Source: Sulfolobus acidocaldarius DSM 639
Lineage (GTDB): Archaea > Thermoproteota > Thermoprotei_A > Sulfolobales > Sulfolobaceae
NCBI RefSeq assembly: GCF_000012285.1
Contig: NC_007181.1
Coordinates: 210,001-242,000, forward strand
Length of the DNA: 32,000 bases
Direction: 5' to 3'
Shown here: positions 9,246 to 18,460 of the stretch, in pieces
Numbering within the stretch: position 1 is the first letter of the stretch
How the letters are laid out: each line of letters starts with the position of its first letter
Position numbers and translations under genes: made by a program
The notes under the pieces: generated by a model
Told to the model about the DNA's origin: nothing
Seen by the model: only the letters and a program-made list of their open reading frames with translations
The model's database searches: none

Positions 9246-10781
9246 TTGGAAGAATTGAAAAAGAAGAAGGAATTGGTATACAAGGGAGGAGGAGAAGAGA
9301 GAATTAAAGCACAGCATGATAAGGGGAAACTGACTGCAAGAGAGAGACTATCATTATTGTTTGATGGTAATACATTTCAGGAATTTATGGGGTTTGCAAC
9401 AACAAAGGCTACGGAATTCGGTCTAGATAAGAACAAGGTCTATGGGGACGGTGTGGTCACGGGATGGGGAAAAGTAGAGGGAAGAACTGTTTTCGCCTAC
9501 GCACAAGACTTCATATCATTAGGAGGTACATTGGGCGAGGTACATGCTAACAAGATTGCCAGAGTTTATGAGTTAGCCCTTAAGACAGGTGCACCTGTTG
9601 TAGGAATAAATGACTCAGGTGGAGCTAGAATACAGGAAGGAGCTGTTGCACTGGAAGGCTATGGTGCAGTGTTCAAGATGAATGTTATGGCATCAGGTGT
9701 TATACCACAGATAACTATTATGGCTGGACCTGCTGCAGGAGGTGCAGTTTATTCTCCAGCATTAACAGATTTCATTATAATGATTAAAGGAGATGCTTAC
9801 TATATGTTTGTGACAGGACCAGAAATAACTAAGGTAGCTCTAGGTGAAGAAGTCAGTTATCAAGATCTAGGAGGAGCAATAGTGCATTCAACTAAATCTG
9901 GTGTGATACACTTCATGGCTGAAAATGAACAAGACGCTATAAACATAACTAAGAAATTGCTGTCATACCTACCCTCAAACAACATGGAAGAACCACCATA
10001 CATAGATACAGGAGACGCTGCAGACAGAGACGTATCAGGAGCTAATGATATAATTCCAACAGACCCCGTAAAGCCATATAGTATGAGGGAGTTAATATAT
10101 AGGACTGTCGATAACGGCGAGTTCATGGAAGTTCATAAGTATTGGGCAAACAATATGATCATTGGATTCGCAAGAATAGGAGGTAATGTTGTTGGTATAG
10201 TAGCCAATAATCCGGAGGAGTTCGGTGGTGCAATTGATGTAGATGCAGCTGATAAAGCAGCTAGGTTTATAAGGTTCTGTGACGCGTTCAATATACCCTT
10301 AATAAGCCTAGTTGACACTCCTGGTTACGTTCCGGGCACTGAGCAGGAGTATAAGGGGATTATAAGACATGGGGCTAAGATGTTGTATGCCTTCGCTGAA
10401 GCTACCGTACCAAAGATTACGGTAATACTGAGAAAATCTTACGGCGGAGCTCACATAGCTATGAGCATAAAGAGTCTAGGCGCTGACTTAGTTTATGCTT
10501 GGCCTAATGCAGAAATAGCGGTTACAGGACCTGAAGGGGCAGTTAGAATATTGTACAAAAGAGATTTGCAGAAGATGAGTAATCCTGAGGATTATATAAA
10601 ACAAAAGATAGAGGAATACAGGAGATTATTTGCAAACCCATATTGGGCAGCAGAAAAGGGTCTAATTGATGATGTTATAGAGCCTAAAGATACAAGGAGA
10701 ATAATTTACTCTGCTTTGGAAATGTTAAAGAACAAGAGAGAGTATAGGTATCCTAAGAAGCATGGGAACATTCCACTGTAA
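9246..10781 (+). CDS. pccB: Acetyl-CoA/propionyl-CoA carboxylase, carboxyltransferase subunit
   Basis: 511 aa from TTG 9246. It has QHDKGKLTARERL, INDSGGARIQEG and VDTPGYVPGTEQE carboxyltransferase motifs. The start may be upstream at AUU 9222 (see findings). Confidence 0.92.
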   Translation: MEELKKKKELVYKGGGEERIKAQHDKGKLTARERLSLLFDGNTFQEFMGFATTKATEFGLDKNKVYGDGVVTGWGKVEGRTVFAYAQDFISLGGTLGEVHANKIARVYELALKTGAPVVGINDSGGARIQEGAVALEGYGAVFKMNVMASGVIPQITIMAGPAAGGAVYSPALTDFIIMIKGDAYYMFVTGPEITKVALGEEVSYQDLGGAIVHSTKSGVIHFMAENEQDAINITKKLLSYLPSNNMEEPPYIDTGDAADRDVSGANDIIPTDPVKPYSMRELIYRTVDNGEFMEVHKYWANNMIIGFARIGGNVVGIVANNPEEFGGAIDVDAADKAARFIRFCDAFNIPLISLVDTPGYVPGTEQEYKGIIRHGAKMLYAFAEATVPKITVILRKSYGGAHIAMSIKSLGADLVYAWPNAEIAVTGPEGAVRILYKRDLQKMSNPEDYIKQKIEEYRRLFANPYWAAEKGLIDDVIEPKDTRRIIYSALEMLKNKREYRYPKKHGNIPL

Positions 10782-10906
10782 GAATGCAAGTGTTTTCTCC
10801 TTCTTCTACTTCTATACGACTTTTCTTACCTAAGGCTAGGAGTATTAATGAGAACTTTTGGAGTACATCGCAATCGTCCTTAAATGTCACTTTACCGTTT
10901 AAGTAA

Positions 10907-13024
10907 TCAAGCAATAATTCTTGCAGCCTCTTTGACAATCTTCTCACCTAGATTTTGTCCTAGTAAACTCTTTACCCTCTCAGGTTTCATTACTATGTCC
11001 TCAGGTCTCTTTATCCCCTGGTTAAATAATAACCGAGCCCTAGCTCTACCTATGCCTGGAACTCTGACCAACTCTAACAACTCCTCCTTAACTCCGTCGG
11101 CTATCCTCTTATGTAACTTCTCTAGAACTGAGGTATGTTGATTCAAATCAAGGATTGAAGATACGTGAAAAGCACCATATGTCAACCATTCCATTGTGTC
11201 AATTATTGCCCTTAAATCTCCTGATCCTATGCCATATTTACTAAGTATTGTATCTTCATCTACCTCCTCAATCCAGTCCTTAAGAATAAATGCCACTTTG
11301 AGTGCTGAAATGTAATTCGAAAACTCAAGTTCATCATCAGGTTCATCTATTATTAGCTCACAGTCTAAATTGTCAAGTAGGGCGTCTTCTTCATTTCTAC
11401 CTACACTTACTAAAGGTCCGTCGGGTGTGTAAGCTATCAAGTGAAAATAAGCTATATCACATGGGCTCTCGGCTCTCTCCAGGTAATTCTTAATTGTAAC
11501 TGCAGTAAAGGGATTTAAGTAAAGATCTGACACCCTCCTGCCGAACTTTGTTAACTGGAGTCTATCGTCATTACTCTTTATGAACTCGTTTTTACTTAAC
11601 CAGTCAATGGCGTTGTTGTAGTATTTCCTAACAAGTTGCTTAGACAACATTGTATCTTCCACATAATCCTTGAGTCTGTCTTCAGTAATTTCACCTTCTG
11701 ATGCTATTAAACTTAACACGAAAGAGAAGAACGGTCCCTCAGCACCCAGTTTTGACTCTATGGGCTCTATGTCTGAATGGAGGTACTTGTCTATTACCTT
11801 ATCAACCTCTACTTTAGACCTCACCAGTATAATAGCCTCCCCGTGGTTATCATAACCAGGTCTGCCCGCTCTTCCACTCATTTGCCTGTACTCCATTGTC
11901 GATATCATTTCCGTAAAACCAACTATCTTCCTGTTGAATCTGTAAATATCACCTATTACTACTGCTCTTGCAGGGAGATTTACTCCAGCAGCTAGTGTGG
12001 GAGTGGCTGTTATAACTTTAATGATTCTTTCCCTAAACGAGGCTTCTATTATATCCCTTAAGCCCTTTGACAGACCAGCGTGATGAAAAGCTACTCCTCT
12101 TACAATCAAATTATATAGTACTTCTTTCTCGTTACTACCAGCGTCTTCTACTTCCTTTATTCTTTCTGCTGTCTCTAACAGTTTTTTATCATCTAATTTA
12201 ACAAAATTCATATACTGTGAGATCTTCATAGCTGTGGTCTCGGCGTATTTTCTCGACGACCTAAAAACTATTACCTGACCTCCTTTGGACAGTATGTCTA
12301 ACGTGTAGGCTATTATAGGGTCATCTCCCTTTAACTTGTTCGTCGTCCCATCAGAGTAAAGAATTATGTGCCCTTTTTTCCCCTCTGAATACATAACCCC
12401 TTCCTTTAATGGTACAGGTCTCCAGTTGGTTGCAACTATATCAGCGTTTAACCATTTTGCCACATCCTTAGCATTTCCAATGGTAGCACTCAAGGCTAGG
12501 ATAGTTCCCTGTCTCTTAGCCCTCACGGCTACACCTTCAACTACAGGACCACGATCTCCATCATTCATATAATGGAATTCGTCCAACACGAAGTAATCAA
12601 TGTCCTTCAACCACTCAGCGCTGTGCCTCCACAATGAATCTAGCTTCTCGTATGTCGTAACAATTATGTCAAAGTTGCGTAACCAAGGATCATCAGTATC
12701 ATAGTCCCCACTGGTTACACCTACCTTAAAGCCAAGTTTTTCCCAATCCTTAAATGTGGAATACTTCTCGCTGGTCAGAGCTCTCAGAGGGGTTACATAG
12801 ATTGCTTTACCGCCCTTATTCAGTAAATGGGATATCATACCTAATTCTGCCATAAGAGTCTTACCTGAGGCAGTAGGAGTAGTTATGAGAAGCCTCTTGT
12901 CCTCAATCAAACCTTTTTTCACAGCTTCGGTCTGGGGAGGGTTAAGCTTCTTTATACCCCTGCTCTTTATTATGTCCTTGACCTTACTATCGACAGGTAA
13001 ATCTTCTACGGTAATTTCTTCCAT
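10907..13024 (-). CDS. hel308: Hel308/Hjm Ski2-like DNA helicase
   Basis: 705 aa with TPTASGKTL (motif I), DEFH (motif II), SAT and [10 protein letters not shown] (motif VI), plus a C-terminal HhH-like region ([12 protein letters not shown]). Confidence 0.9.
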
Positions 13025-13186
13025 ATCCTAAACGTTACCCATTATTTTGTAGGATTTATAAGCATTTTCCCCCTTATATGAAGTTTTTACTTGCGTTTTC
13101 TGAATATTACCATTAATAAGCTTTTCCTTTGCTTCTCCATTAGTTATATTTATCTCCTATAATGAAGTATGATATTATGATCACTT

Positions 13187-13384
13187 ATGAATGGCGTCAA
13201 GAAACTTGACGATAATACCTTTGAACTTGAAATGAGCGGTGTTAAAACAATTTCCTTTAAACTTGATGATGATTTTTTGCAGGAAGTCGATAAAATGGTA
13301 AGACTTCTTGGTTATACAAATAGAAGTGATCTCATAAGAGATGCAATACTTGAGTACATCAGTGAGCTAGAAGATAAAACATGA
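13187..13384 (+). CDS. Ribbon-helix-helix (CopG/NikR-N-like) DNA-binding protein
   Basis: 65 aa. The segment TISFKLDDDFLQEVDKMVRLLGYTNRSDLIRDAILEYI follows a beta-strand, helix, helix RHH pattern. It overlaps the PiT start by 4 nt (ATGA). Confidence 0.65.
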   Translation: MNGVKKLDDNTFELEMSGVKTISFKLDDDFLQEVDKMVRLLGYTNRSDLIRDAILEYISELEDKT

Positions 13385-14352
13385 TAGATATAAGCCTTAT
13401 ACTATCTATACTTATATTTGTTTTTGGTATTACACTGTCTTTTATAGTAGGTGGGAATAACTCGGCAATATCTTTAGGGATTTTAGTTTCAACAAATGTA
13501 ATGAAGCGAAAATATTCCTACCTTGTTAGTGCAATCTCAATATTTTTAGGGGCATCAGTTGGGAGTCTAACTATGTTTAAGAGCGTACATGGCATAGTTA
13601 ACACGTCAGATGAGCTAATAGCAAAAGTCATCATAGTATGCATACTCTTCTCATCGATACTGTCCTTCTTCTATCTAAATAGAATGGGGGTTCCTACTGC
13701 TCTAAGCCAAATGATATATCCTTCTTTAGCAGTCATCTCGCTAGTCACTAGGATAGCTTTCCTTTGGAGTGCTTTCCTAGTGACTCTAGTGTCCTGGATG
13801 GTTTCACCATTAGTAGCAATAATTTCAGCTCTTTTATTATACAGATTAGTTCATGTCTTCTTGAAGAATACTAAAGGGATAATTGAACAGGTGAAGTATT
13901 ACAGGGTAATCATATTGATAGCCTCTGCATTGACATCGTTTGTAACAGGGGCTAATGCTGTAGGTATCATAATCTCAACTGGGCTATTTGCATTACCAGA
14001 ATATATAATAGTACCGTGTTATGCGCTAGCAGCTGCCATAGGGATTTACCTGAGTTCATGGAGGGCAGTGATCACAGTAGGTTTTAGGGTGACCAAGCTG
14101 GGTTATGCAAGTGCGTCCTCAGCACTTATAGGAAGCGCATTAGTATCTGAAGTTTTTACGGTATTTAGTGTGCCCATATCTATTACGCAAACAGTTATGG
14201 GAGGAATAATAGGTTTAAGTTTTAGGAGTCTTACTTCTGATATAGAGAAGCAGTTAAAACAAATAGGTCGTGGTTGGTTACTATCTCCAACGTTTTCCAT
14301 TATAGTATCTTTAGCCCTGTATGGTATAATAAGAAGTATTTTAGGATTTTAA
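13381..14352 (+). CDS. PiT-family inorganic phosphate (or sulfate) transporter
   Basis: 323 aa polytopic protein. The N-terminal GGNNSAISLG and C-terminal GANAVG motifs resemble the PHO4/PiT GANDVAN repeats. A DUF47 partner gene is adjacent. Confidence 0.7.
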   Translation: MIDISLILSILIFVFGITLSFIVGGNNSAISLGILVSTNVMKRKYSYLVSAISIFLGASVGSLTMFKSVHGIVNTSDELIAKVIIVCILFSSILSFFYLNRMGVPTALSQMIYPSLAVISLVTRIAFLWSAFLVTLVSWMVSPLVAIISALLLYRLVHVFLKNTKGIIEQVKYYRVIILIASALTSFVTGANAVGIIISTGLFALPEYIIVPCYALAAAIGIYLSSWRAVITVGFRVTKLGYASASSALIGSALVSEVFTVFSVPISITQTVMGGIIGLSFRSLTSDIEKQLKQIGRGWLLSPTFSIIVSLALYGIIRSILGF

Positions 14353-15003
14353 TGTAGCGTATAATATTTTTATGCTCAGTACTGCACTCTCCATGCTGTC
14401 CAATATGTCGTCAAGGAAAAATATGGCATCTCTTGTCTGTAACAGAGTTATTAGATGGAGTGAGTCCTCCATATCGTATAGCCTCGTTATGATCATGTCT
14501 TTGATTTCATCTCCACTCCTCTCCAACATCTGCACCTCTTTTCCAACTTTAAGTGCTGAGGCTATGTCCTTTGGTAATAGGGACAACATTAAAACTACTT
14601 TATCAGACGCCTCAAGAATTATAGAAATATATGAGAGAAGACTTTCCTTCAGAGTTGTCAAACACTTTTCATCAACTCTCCTGGCTGTCAACGCCCTACC
14701 TGCATCCTTCGCTGAAGCACTTGCCCTGTATAGATCTTGTGTAAGCATAACTATAGCCTCCTTAAAGTCAGGCAGAAACGCTTCACTGTATATTACTGAG
14801 AGTAATTCCTCCCTGGTCATGCTTATCTTTTCGTTCAAAGATTTGATTTTAATTAGACTACTGTTTTTCATGTCGTCGTCCTTGACCAATAGGGCGTTTA
14901 TTAACTGTCTCAAAGCTTCAGCTGTAGTTTTCAAATCTTCTCCTATTTTGATTAGCTTGTCAAATACCTCTTGCTCTCTGTTGATTCTAATTTTTAGTAC
15001 CAT
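14341..15003 (-). CDS. DUF47/PhoU-like putative phosphate-transport regulator (TIGR00153-like)
   Basis: 220 aa, all-helical, with a two-repeat architecture and an E..GDEI motif (LERSGDEIKDMII). Its 3' end overlaps the PiT 3' end by 12 nt in convergent orientation. Confidence 0.6.
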   Translation of the reverse strand: MVLKIRINREQEVFDKLIKIGEDLKTTAEALRQLINALLVKDDDMKNSSLIKIKSLNEKISMTREELLSVIYSEAFLPDFKEAIVMLTQDLYRASASAKDAGRALTARRVDEKCLTTLKESLLSYISIILEASDKVVLMLSLLPKDIASALKVGKEVQMLERSGDEIKDMIITRLYDMEDSLHLITLLQTRDAIFFLDDILDSMESAVLSIKILYATLKS

Positions 15004-15058
15004 AATATCAAGATAGAATCTCTTCTCTTCTGAACTTAAAAGGATTTTCCTCTTAAGA

Positions 15059-16192
15059 CTATTCCTTTAACCCTTCAGCTAAACTTCTCAATTTCCTAAG
15101 TGCAAATTCCCTGTCTTTCTCTTCGGTCTTGATCCTTTGCAGTATATCCTCTAAGGTGTAGATTACCTCATATGCAACCTTCCTGTTAACTGGAAATGGA
15201 ATACCGTCCTTTCCTCCAATTGCATAAGCATATTTAAAGGGATCGTAAGGCATGTTAACAGGGTCATTATAGGAGGGCGGTTCATTATATATTAAATCTG
15301 CCACAAGATATAGCGCCCTAGTACTAGATGGACCTAAACCATGTAAGAGTGCCTCCTCTAAATTAGATGGGTTTACTTCATATACCTTATGTAGTATTTG
15401 CCTAATTTTGGATATCTCTATCGGCTTCATGTAAATTCTCCTCTTCTTTATATCAACCTTGAACGCGGAGGGATTATCTAGTGTGGTCTGTCCTTTTATC
15501 ATATTTTCAGCCTTTACTACGTCATTAATTAATTTCTCAGGAGGCTCTTTAAGGAGGTCAACCATCAACTTTCTTGTATTCTCCACATTCTTATCTACGG
15601 CATTTATGGCAATTTCCTGTTTTACACCCATTATGCCTTTATGCGGTTCAACTAGGAAGTTTTCAGTAGAAAGCCAATGGTACCTCCTGGCAAATCTGGT
15701 CTCCAGATTCATCCCCTGTTGTATAATACCCCATTTTCCGCTTTCACTAACTAAAACTGAGTGGTGATATAGCGTATGTCCATCCTGAATTAGTGTACTA
15801 TCAACTTTAGCCACTAATCTACTGGCTCTTTCAATCTTTTCAAGGTTTACAGAAAATTTTCCTCTAAGGCTGTTTAATTCATCAGGGACTTTTAAGGCAT
15901 TTTTACCTTTACCGCCTAATACTGCTATTCCTTCTTCCTCTGGTTTTATAACTTCTTTGAGTATTCCTAACGTAACTGTGGTTGAACCAGAGGAGTCCCA
16001 ATCCATGCCTATGATATTGTTAAACCCTTGAAACCACAGAGGGTTTGATAGCCTCTCAACTACTTTATCTGGACCCCACTCAATTATCATCACGTCTATA
16101 ATAGCCTTTGATAACCTCCTCATAATACTTGCTAACCAGTAGGGAACTTTACCTGTGTGAAGCGGTAAATCTGCTATTCCTTCGAGACCCAC
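15059..16192 (-). CDS. Conserved archaeal protein of unknown function (DUF763-like)
   Basis: 377 aa. The N-terminal ADLPLHTGKVPYWL..RRLSKAI and DWDSSGSTTVT segments match my recollection of DUF763. No catalytic assignment is possible. Confidence 0.5.
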   Translation of the reverse strand: MGLEGIADLPLHTGKVPYWLASIMRRLSKAIIDVMIIEWGPDKVVERLSNPLWFQGFNNIIGMDWDSSGSTTVTLGILKEVIKPEEEGIAVLGGKGKNALKVPDELNSLRGKFSVNLEKIERASRLVAKVDSTLIQDGHTLYHHSVLVSESGKWGIIQQGMNLETRFARRYHWLSTENFLVEPHKGIMGVKQEIAINAVDKNVENTRKLMVDLLKEPPEKLINDVVKAENMIKGQTTLDNPSAFKVDIKKRRIYMKPIEISKIRQILHKVYEVNPSNLEEALLHGLGPSSTRALYLVADLIYNEPPSYNDPVNMPYDPFKYAYAIGGKDGIPFPVNRKVAYEVIYTLEDILQRIKTEEKDREFALRKLRSLAEGLKE

Positions 16193-16226
16193 AAATAGCT
16201 TTTCTAGTAGTAATACGATTTATATT

Positions 16227-16892
16227 TTGATGCTAATAGCAGCAACATCAGATATCCATTCACCTAGATATCTAACGCAGTTCTTTGCTTCATTTAATTT
16301 AATAAGGAATCTCTCCATTGATATATTCCTTTTAGCAGGTGATTTAGCCAATGAAGGAGAGTACATACACTTTAAACCGGTATACGATGTTCTAAAGAGG
16401 TTTAGGACAATAGCAGTATTTGGAAATGAGGACTTTAGGGAGAACAGGGATTCGTATAAGGAAACTTATCCTGATATAAAATGGTTGGAAGAGGATATCG
16501 TGGAGTTCGAGTTGGGAGATATCTTAGTCAGTATAATCGGTAGTGACGGCGTTTTAGAAGAACCTACAAAGTGGCAAAAACTTAACGGTATTGATGAGAA
16601 CTATTATAGGGAGAAGGCTAGAAAAATAGAGGATTTACTGTGTAAGGCTAGAGGAGACGTGAAGTTACTTTTGACACATTACGCATGTACATTTATGACT
16701 GTCCAGGGAGAGAAAAAGAGCATATTTCCCCACTTGGGTTATAGGATACTTGAGGAAACCAGCTGTTTACCCCATTTGGCTATACATGGTCATGCGCATC
16801 ACTCTAAAGTCACTCAAGGCTTGGTTAGAGGAGTGAGAGTTTATAACGTTGCGTTACCTGCTAATCATAAGATTGTCTTAATAAGGTTATAG
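16227..16892 (+). CDS. Calcineurin-like metallophosphoesterase
   Basis: Motifs SDIH, AGDL, GNED and GHAHH occur in canonical order. The likely start is ATG 16230, immediately after TTG 16227. Confidence 0.7.
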   Translation: MMLIAATSDIHSPRYLTQFFASFNLIRNLSIDIFLLAGDLANEGEYIHFKPVYDVLKRFRTIAVFGNEDFRENRDSYKETYPDIKWLEEDIVEFELGDILVSIIGSDGVLEEPTKWQKLNGIDENYYREKARKIEDLLCKARGDVKLLLTHYACTFMTVQGEKKSIFPHLGYRILEETSCLPHLAIHGHAHHSKVTQGLVRGVRVYNVALPANHKIVLIRL

Positions 16893-16898
16893 ATACTA

Positions 16899-17720
16899 CT
16901 AACAAGTATATTTACATTGTAGTGCCAGGTTATACGCGGCGTTAAAGTCTCTGTCAGCCTTGTAACCACATGATGGACAGACAAATAACGGTCCCATCAC
17001 TTCACCTCTCCTGAATCCACAGTTAGAGCAAATTTTGCTCGTGTAATATGGGGGAAGTTTTCTGAACTTAACTCCCTTCCTATATAGGTGACTCTCTAGT
17101 TCTTTCTCCACAGTTCTCAATGCACTGCCTATTTTACTCTCAAAATATTCTAAATCCTCTATTGCGACTACTTTAGGGTTAAGGTCTTGGATAAATGACA
17201 CAACATCTCTTATGATATTACCAATCTTACCCTTTATCGTCCTTATTTCTGAAACTCCCTGCGGATCACCGATTACCTTTATCATCTCTTCAGTTATTAC
17301 ATCGTTTCCCCAATATCTTACTTTCCAGAGGCTATCTTCTCTAATCGACACCACTGTGATTAAGTGCCTCACCCCGATGTCAATACCAACTATTGATTTA
17401 GGCTTTTCATAAGCTAGAAAAACTCTCACGTCATCTGAAAATTCAGCTATAGCATAGAGAGGAGGTGATCTTCTTGTCGAACTCACTAGAGCATCGACTT
17501 CAGGTATTCTATAGGGACTTGTATTTCCTATTATTCTCAATGGACCGTATCTTATTTTGTTACTTGAGGAGGTGGCTTGATAATACAATTCACGGGGTAT
17601 ATTTGAGGGGGGAGGACCCCCCTTCACTATCTTCGAGTACTCCCTGATAAACAAAATCTGTTTATGGATCTCTTTTAATTTTCCGTAATTCAAAATTTTA
17701 GCTTCTATCAGCTCTTCCAT
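16899..17720 (-). CDS. Miniature TnpB/IS605-OrfB-like RuvC nuclease with a Zn ribbon (273 aa)
   Basis: RuvC-I VGIDIGV (D114), RuvC-II AIEDL (E188), Zn ribbon CSNC..CPSC (C231/234/248/251) and RuvC-III ADRDFNAAYNL (D256/D258) are present. The N-terminal WED/REC region is strongly reduced. There is no tnpA or IS ends. Confidence 0.7.
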   Translation of the reverse strand: MEELIEAKILNYGKLKEIHKQILFIREYSKIVKGGPPPSNIPRELYYQATSSSNKIRYGPLRIIGNTSPYRIPEVDALVSSTRRSPPLYAIAEFSDDVRVFLAYEKPKSIVGIDIGVRHLITVVSIREDSLWKVRYWGNDVITEEMIKVIGDPQGVSEIRTIKGKIGNIIRDVVSFIQDLNPKVVAIEDLEYFESKIGSALRTVEKELESHLYRKGVKFRKLPPYYTSKICSNCGFRRGEVMGPLFVCPSCGYKADRDFNAAYNLALQCKYTC

Positions 17721-17746
17721 AAGATTAATTATAACTAGTCATACAT

Positions 17747-18460
17747 TTAAATTTCGATTACACTACCCTGTCTTAATTCCTCACCTTTAACTCCATAGTA
17801 ATACATAACAGTGGAAGAGAAAACATAGTTTTCATATCTATACATCTTGTAGTAATCTTCTACATCCCTCATCTTATTCTTATTGTAATAATGCCCGACC
17901 AAGAGAGATACATCCTCATTACTTAATGATAAGAGAATTGAGTTCAAAGTGACTGAAAACTCAGACAGCTTGATTATTGTCTCCTCATAGGCTCTCTTCA
18001 CATCAAGGTTGTTTCTATCGATGTTCTTTATTATCTCTTGCAGGAAAAGGTAACTATCTGTTGAAGGGTAGTTTGGGTCTTCAAATGCTTTTCTACTTAT
18101 AGATCCATTATGGGCGAAGTAAATATCCAGATTCTTTGTCCTCACATGATATGGGTGATTATGCCTTACTCCTAAAAGAAAACCCTTTCCAGCTCTCCTG
18201 ACATGAATCATGCCTATTACTCTGTCTCCTTTCAATAGGCTTGCAATATCATAAAATGTGGGATCATCATAAATTGGGATTGGTGACTTGAAGTGGAGTA
18301 CTCTGGGTTTATTATCCCTATATATAATTGCTGAAATTCCCCAACCATGAGGGTGATTGAGATATCTAGAAAACACATCGTTTCTTGCAGCATCAATTAG
18401 GGATTTCAAAGCCTTATGGTCAACTTCACCTTTTACTGAAAATCCTAATAATCTACACAT
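17747..18460 (-). CDS. Class II (Ntn-type, YafJ/EgtC-like) glutamine amidotransferase-like protein
   Basis: The N-terminal MCRLLG provides the Cys2 nucleophile. HPHGWGI and HVRRAG..HPY..FAHNGSI motifs are typical of GATase_4/6 proteins. Confidence 0.7.
   Translation of the reverse strand: MCRLLGFSVKGEVDHKALKSLIDAARNDVFSRYLNHPHGWGISAIIYRDNKPRVLHFKSPIPIYDDPTFYDIASLLKGDRVIGMIHVRRAGKGFLLGVRHNHPYHVRTKNLDIYFAHNGSISRKAFEDPNYPSTDSYLFLQEIIKNIDRNNLDVKRAYEETIIKLSEFSVTLNSILLSLSNEDVSLLVGHYYNKNKMRDVEDYYKMYRYENYVFSSTVMYYYGVKGEELRQGSVIEI

Noticed and set aside
10753-10947. A 64-aa minus-strand ORF spanning the convergent pccB/hel308 intergenic region.
   Set aside because: It starts inside the hel308 3' end and ends inside the pccB 3' end. 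It has no promoter or SD motif that I can see and no recognisable motif. The 125-bp gap is better explained as a shared termination zone with T-tracts (gtgttttctcc, cgacttttctt).
14372-15016. A 214-aa ORF on the plus strand, fully antisense to the DUF47-like gene.
   Set aside because: The sequence is low-complexity and rich in Ser, Leu and Ile, which is typical of a shadow frame opposite a real gene. The minus-strand product has a recognisable PhoU/DUF47-like helical repeat architecture. The same reasoning applies to other antisense ORFs in the track: 2959-3264, 3905-4262, 6068-6319, 9069-9317, 9860-10318, 11302-12572, 15459-15767, 17212-17647, 18553-19224, 19600-19833, 20424-21125, 23235-23444, 24515-24703, 25298-25579, 26616-26981, 27294-27482, 29917-30342 and 30605-30838.
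16845-16857. The hairpin TAACG-TTG-CGTTA, considered as a terminator or omega-RNA scaffold element.
   Set aside because: The stem is only 5 bp and lies inside the phosphoesterase coding sequence. It is too weak to call and is mentioned only in the related finding.
16899-17720. Interpreting the TnpB-like gene as an active IS200/IS605 element.
   Set aside because: No Y1 transposase (tnpA) is present. The flanks are only 6 bp and 26 bp and are occupied by neighbouring genes, and no subterminal hairpins are visible. It is therefore annotated as a CDS rather than a mobile element.
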